The notes under the pieces were generated by a model. That model had not been told where the DNA came from. It did no database searches and worked only from the letters and a program-made list of their open reading frames with translations. Below are positions 62,905 to 64,000 of a stretch of DNA of 64,000 nucleotides, in pieces. The DNA comes from Octopus bimaculoides. Lineage: Eukaryota. The stretch spans positions 45,907,188 through 45,971,187 of the forward strand of contig NC_068986.1 in assembly GCF_001194135.2 (NCBI RefSeq), given 5' to 3'. The translations under genes were made by a program, and so were the position numbers. Position 1 is the stretch's first letter. The number at the start of each line of letters is the position of its first letter.

Positions 62905-63170
62905 TAGATCACATGAAGAGCTCTAAGGCAATTCTCAGAGTAAATTGCAAAAACATTAGTGACAACGACTGGGAGGATTCCACTCATGACAAGACAGCTG
63001 AGAGATCCTCATTCACAAAGGGGCTGACCACTTCTGTTGAGAACAGTGTGATGTCTGAAAGGAAAGCATGGTTGTTCCAAATGTCAAAATCTGCTCTTCT
63101 TTCTGGACAGATAAATTCTACTGTCAGAAGATCTGAACTACAAGGATCTCTGCACATGTGCCATTAACTT
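62905..63170 (+). mobile_element. RTE-like LINE extreme 3' fragment
   Basis: LRVNCKNISDNDWEDSTHDKTAERSSFTKGLTTSVEN resembles the RTE C-terminal I..WE..A.DR..WR..I.KG motif. Confidence 0.55.
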
Positions 63171-63535
63171 CTAATTTGGTAAAAAATCATCCTCAATTTT
63201 GAAGGACTGCTGTGATTACACACACCACACACAAACAGACACGCACACACGCGCATACACATGTACCATCAATATATATAATCATATCTTTGACTCTTCT
63301 ACTTGTTTCAGTCTTTAGACTGTAGTCATGCTGTGCCACCTTGTTATATGTATAGAAATATATGAAAATAGTCAAATATTAAAGCAAAGTATCAGTCAAT
63401 ACTGTTCAGCAGAACAATGTACTTCTTTTGAGTTTTGCAAGGAAGAGTTTGGCAGTTACTTCAAAAGTTTGCCTAACAAGGTGTCATCAGACTGAAGGTG
63501 GCTACTAAGCAAAACTTCTAAGTCAACCTTTCCTG

Positions 63536-63584
<49 letters not shown>

Positions 63585-63956
63585 AAATACACATACATAT
63601 ACATATATAAACATATACATACATATATATATATATAAATATTTTTATATACATATGTGTATATAAATATATATTTGTAAGTATATACTCATCAACCTCA
63701 TCATTTTAACATTTCCTTTTCCATGCTAGTATGGATGAGGCAAAATTTGTTGAGGCGGAGCTTATATGGTTGGATACCCTTCCTATCACCAACCCTCTAC
63801 TATTTCAAAGCAAGTTACTATTTGGTCTTATCCTTCAAGCATCAACAAACTAATGGCTGAACATTTTTCTTGCAGAAAATTGCAAATGAATGACCGTGTT
63901 TGTATAAAAATGACTTTTATTTAAGGTGTAATACCAGGACAAGGAAACATGACAAA

Positions 63957-63994
<38 letters not shown>

Positions 63995-64000
63995 TATATA

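Noticed and set aside
62990-63140. Minus-strand DPCSS... frame as a possible follistatin exon
   Set aside because: It lacks the Cys pattern and hits a stop; the region is better explained as a + strand RTE 3' fragment.

Overview
AT-rich animal genomic DNA, rich in microsatellites and SINEs and with several N gaps. The repeat landscape suggests a coleoid cephalopod such as Octopus (inference). The dominant feature is an internal part of a large minus-strand agrin (AGRN) gene. I reconstructed by hand 15 in-frame coding exons between 47312 and 816 (2055 nt, about 685 codons); both gene ends lie outside the window. Domain order is: four follistatin/Kazal modules with a Ser-Gly glycosaminoglycan cluster before the fourth, a lustrin/WR1-type Cys-rich module, the GCC linker, two laminin-EGF repeats, a fifth Kazal, a short Ser/Thr/basic linker, a six-Cys EB/EGF-like module where vertebrate agrin has its SEA domain, and the first EGF. 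One intron is GC-AG, one acceptor is a NAGNAG, and there is a candidate 48-nt cassette exon. Introns hold fossils of a Helitron, a Buster/Charlie-type hAT, RTE LINEs, tandem R4/Dong-like elements, several tRNA-derived SINE families and MITEs. They also hold long hairpins and degenerate hammerhead-ribozyme-like motifs. No prokaryotic-type system, CRISPR array, rRNA or true tRNA gene was seen.
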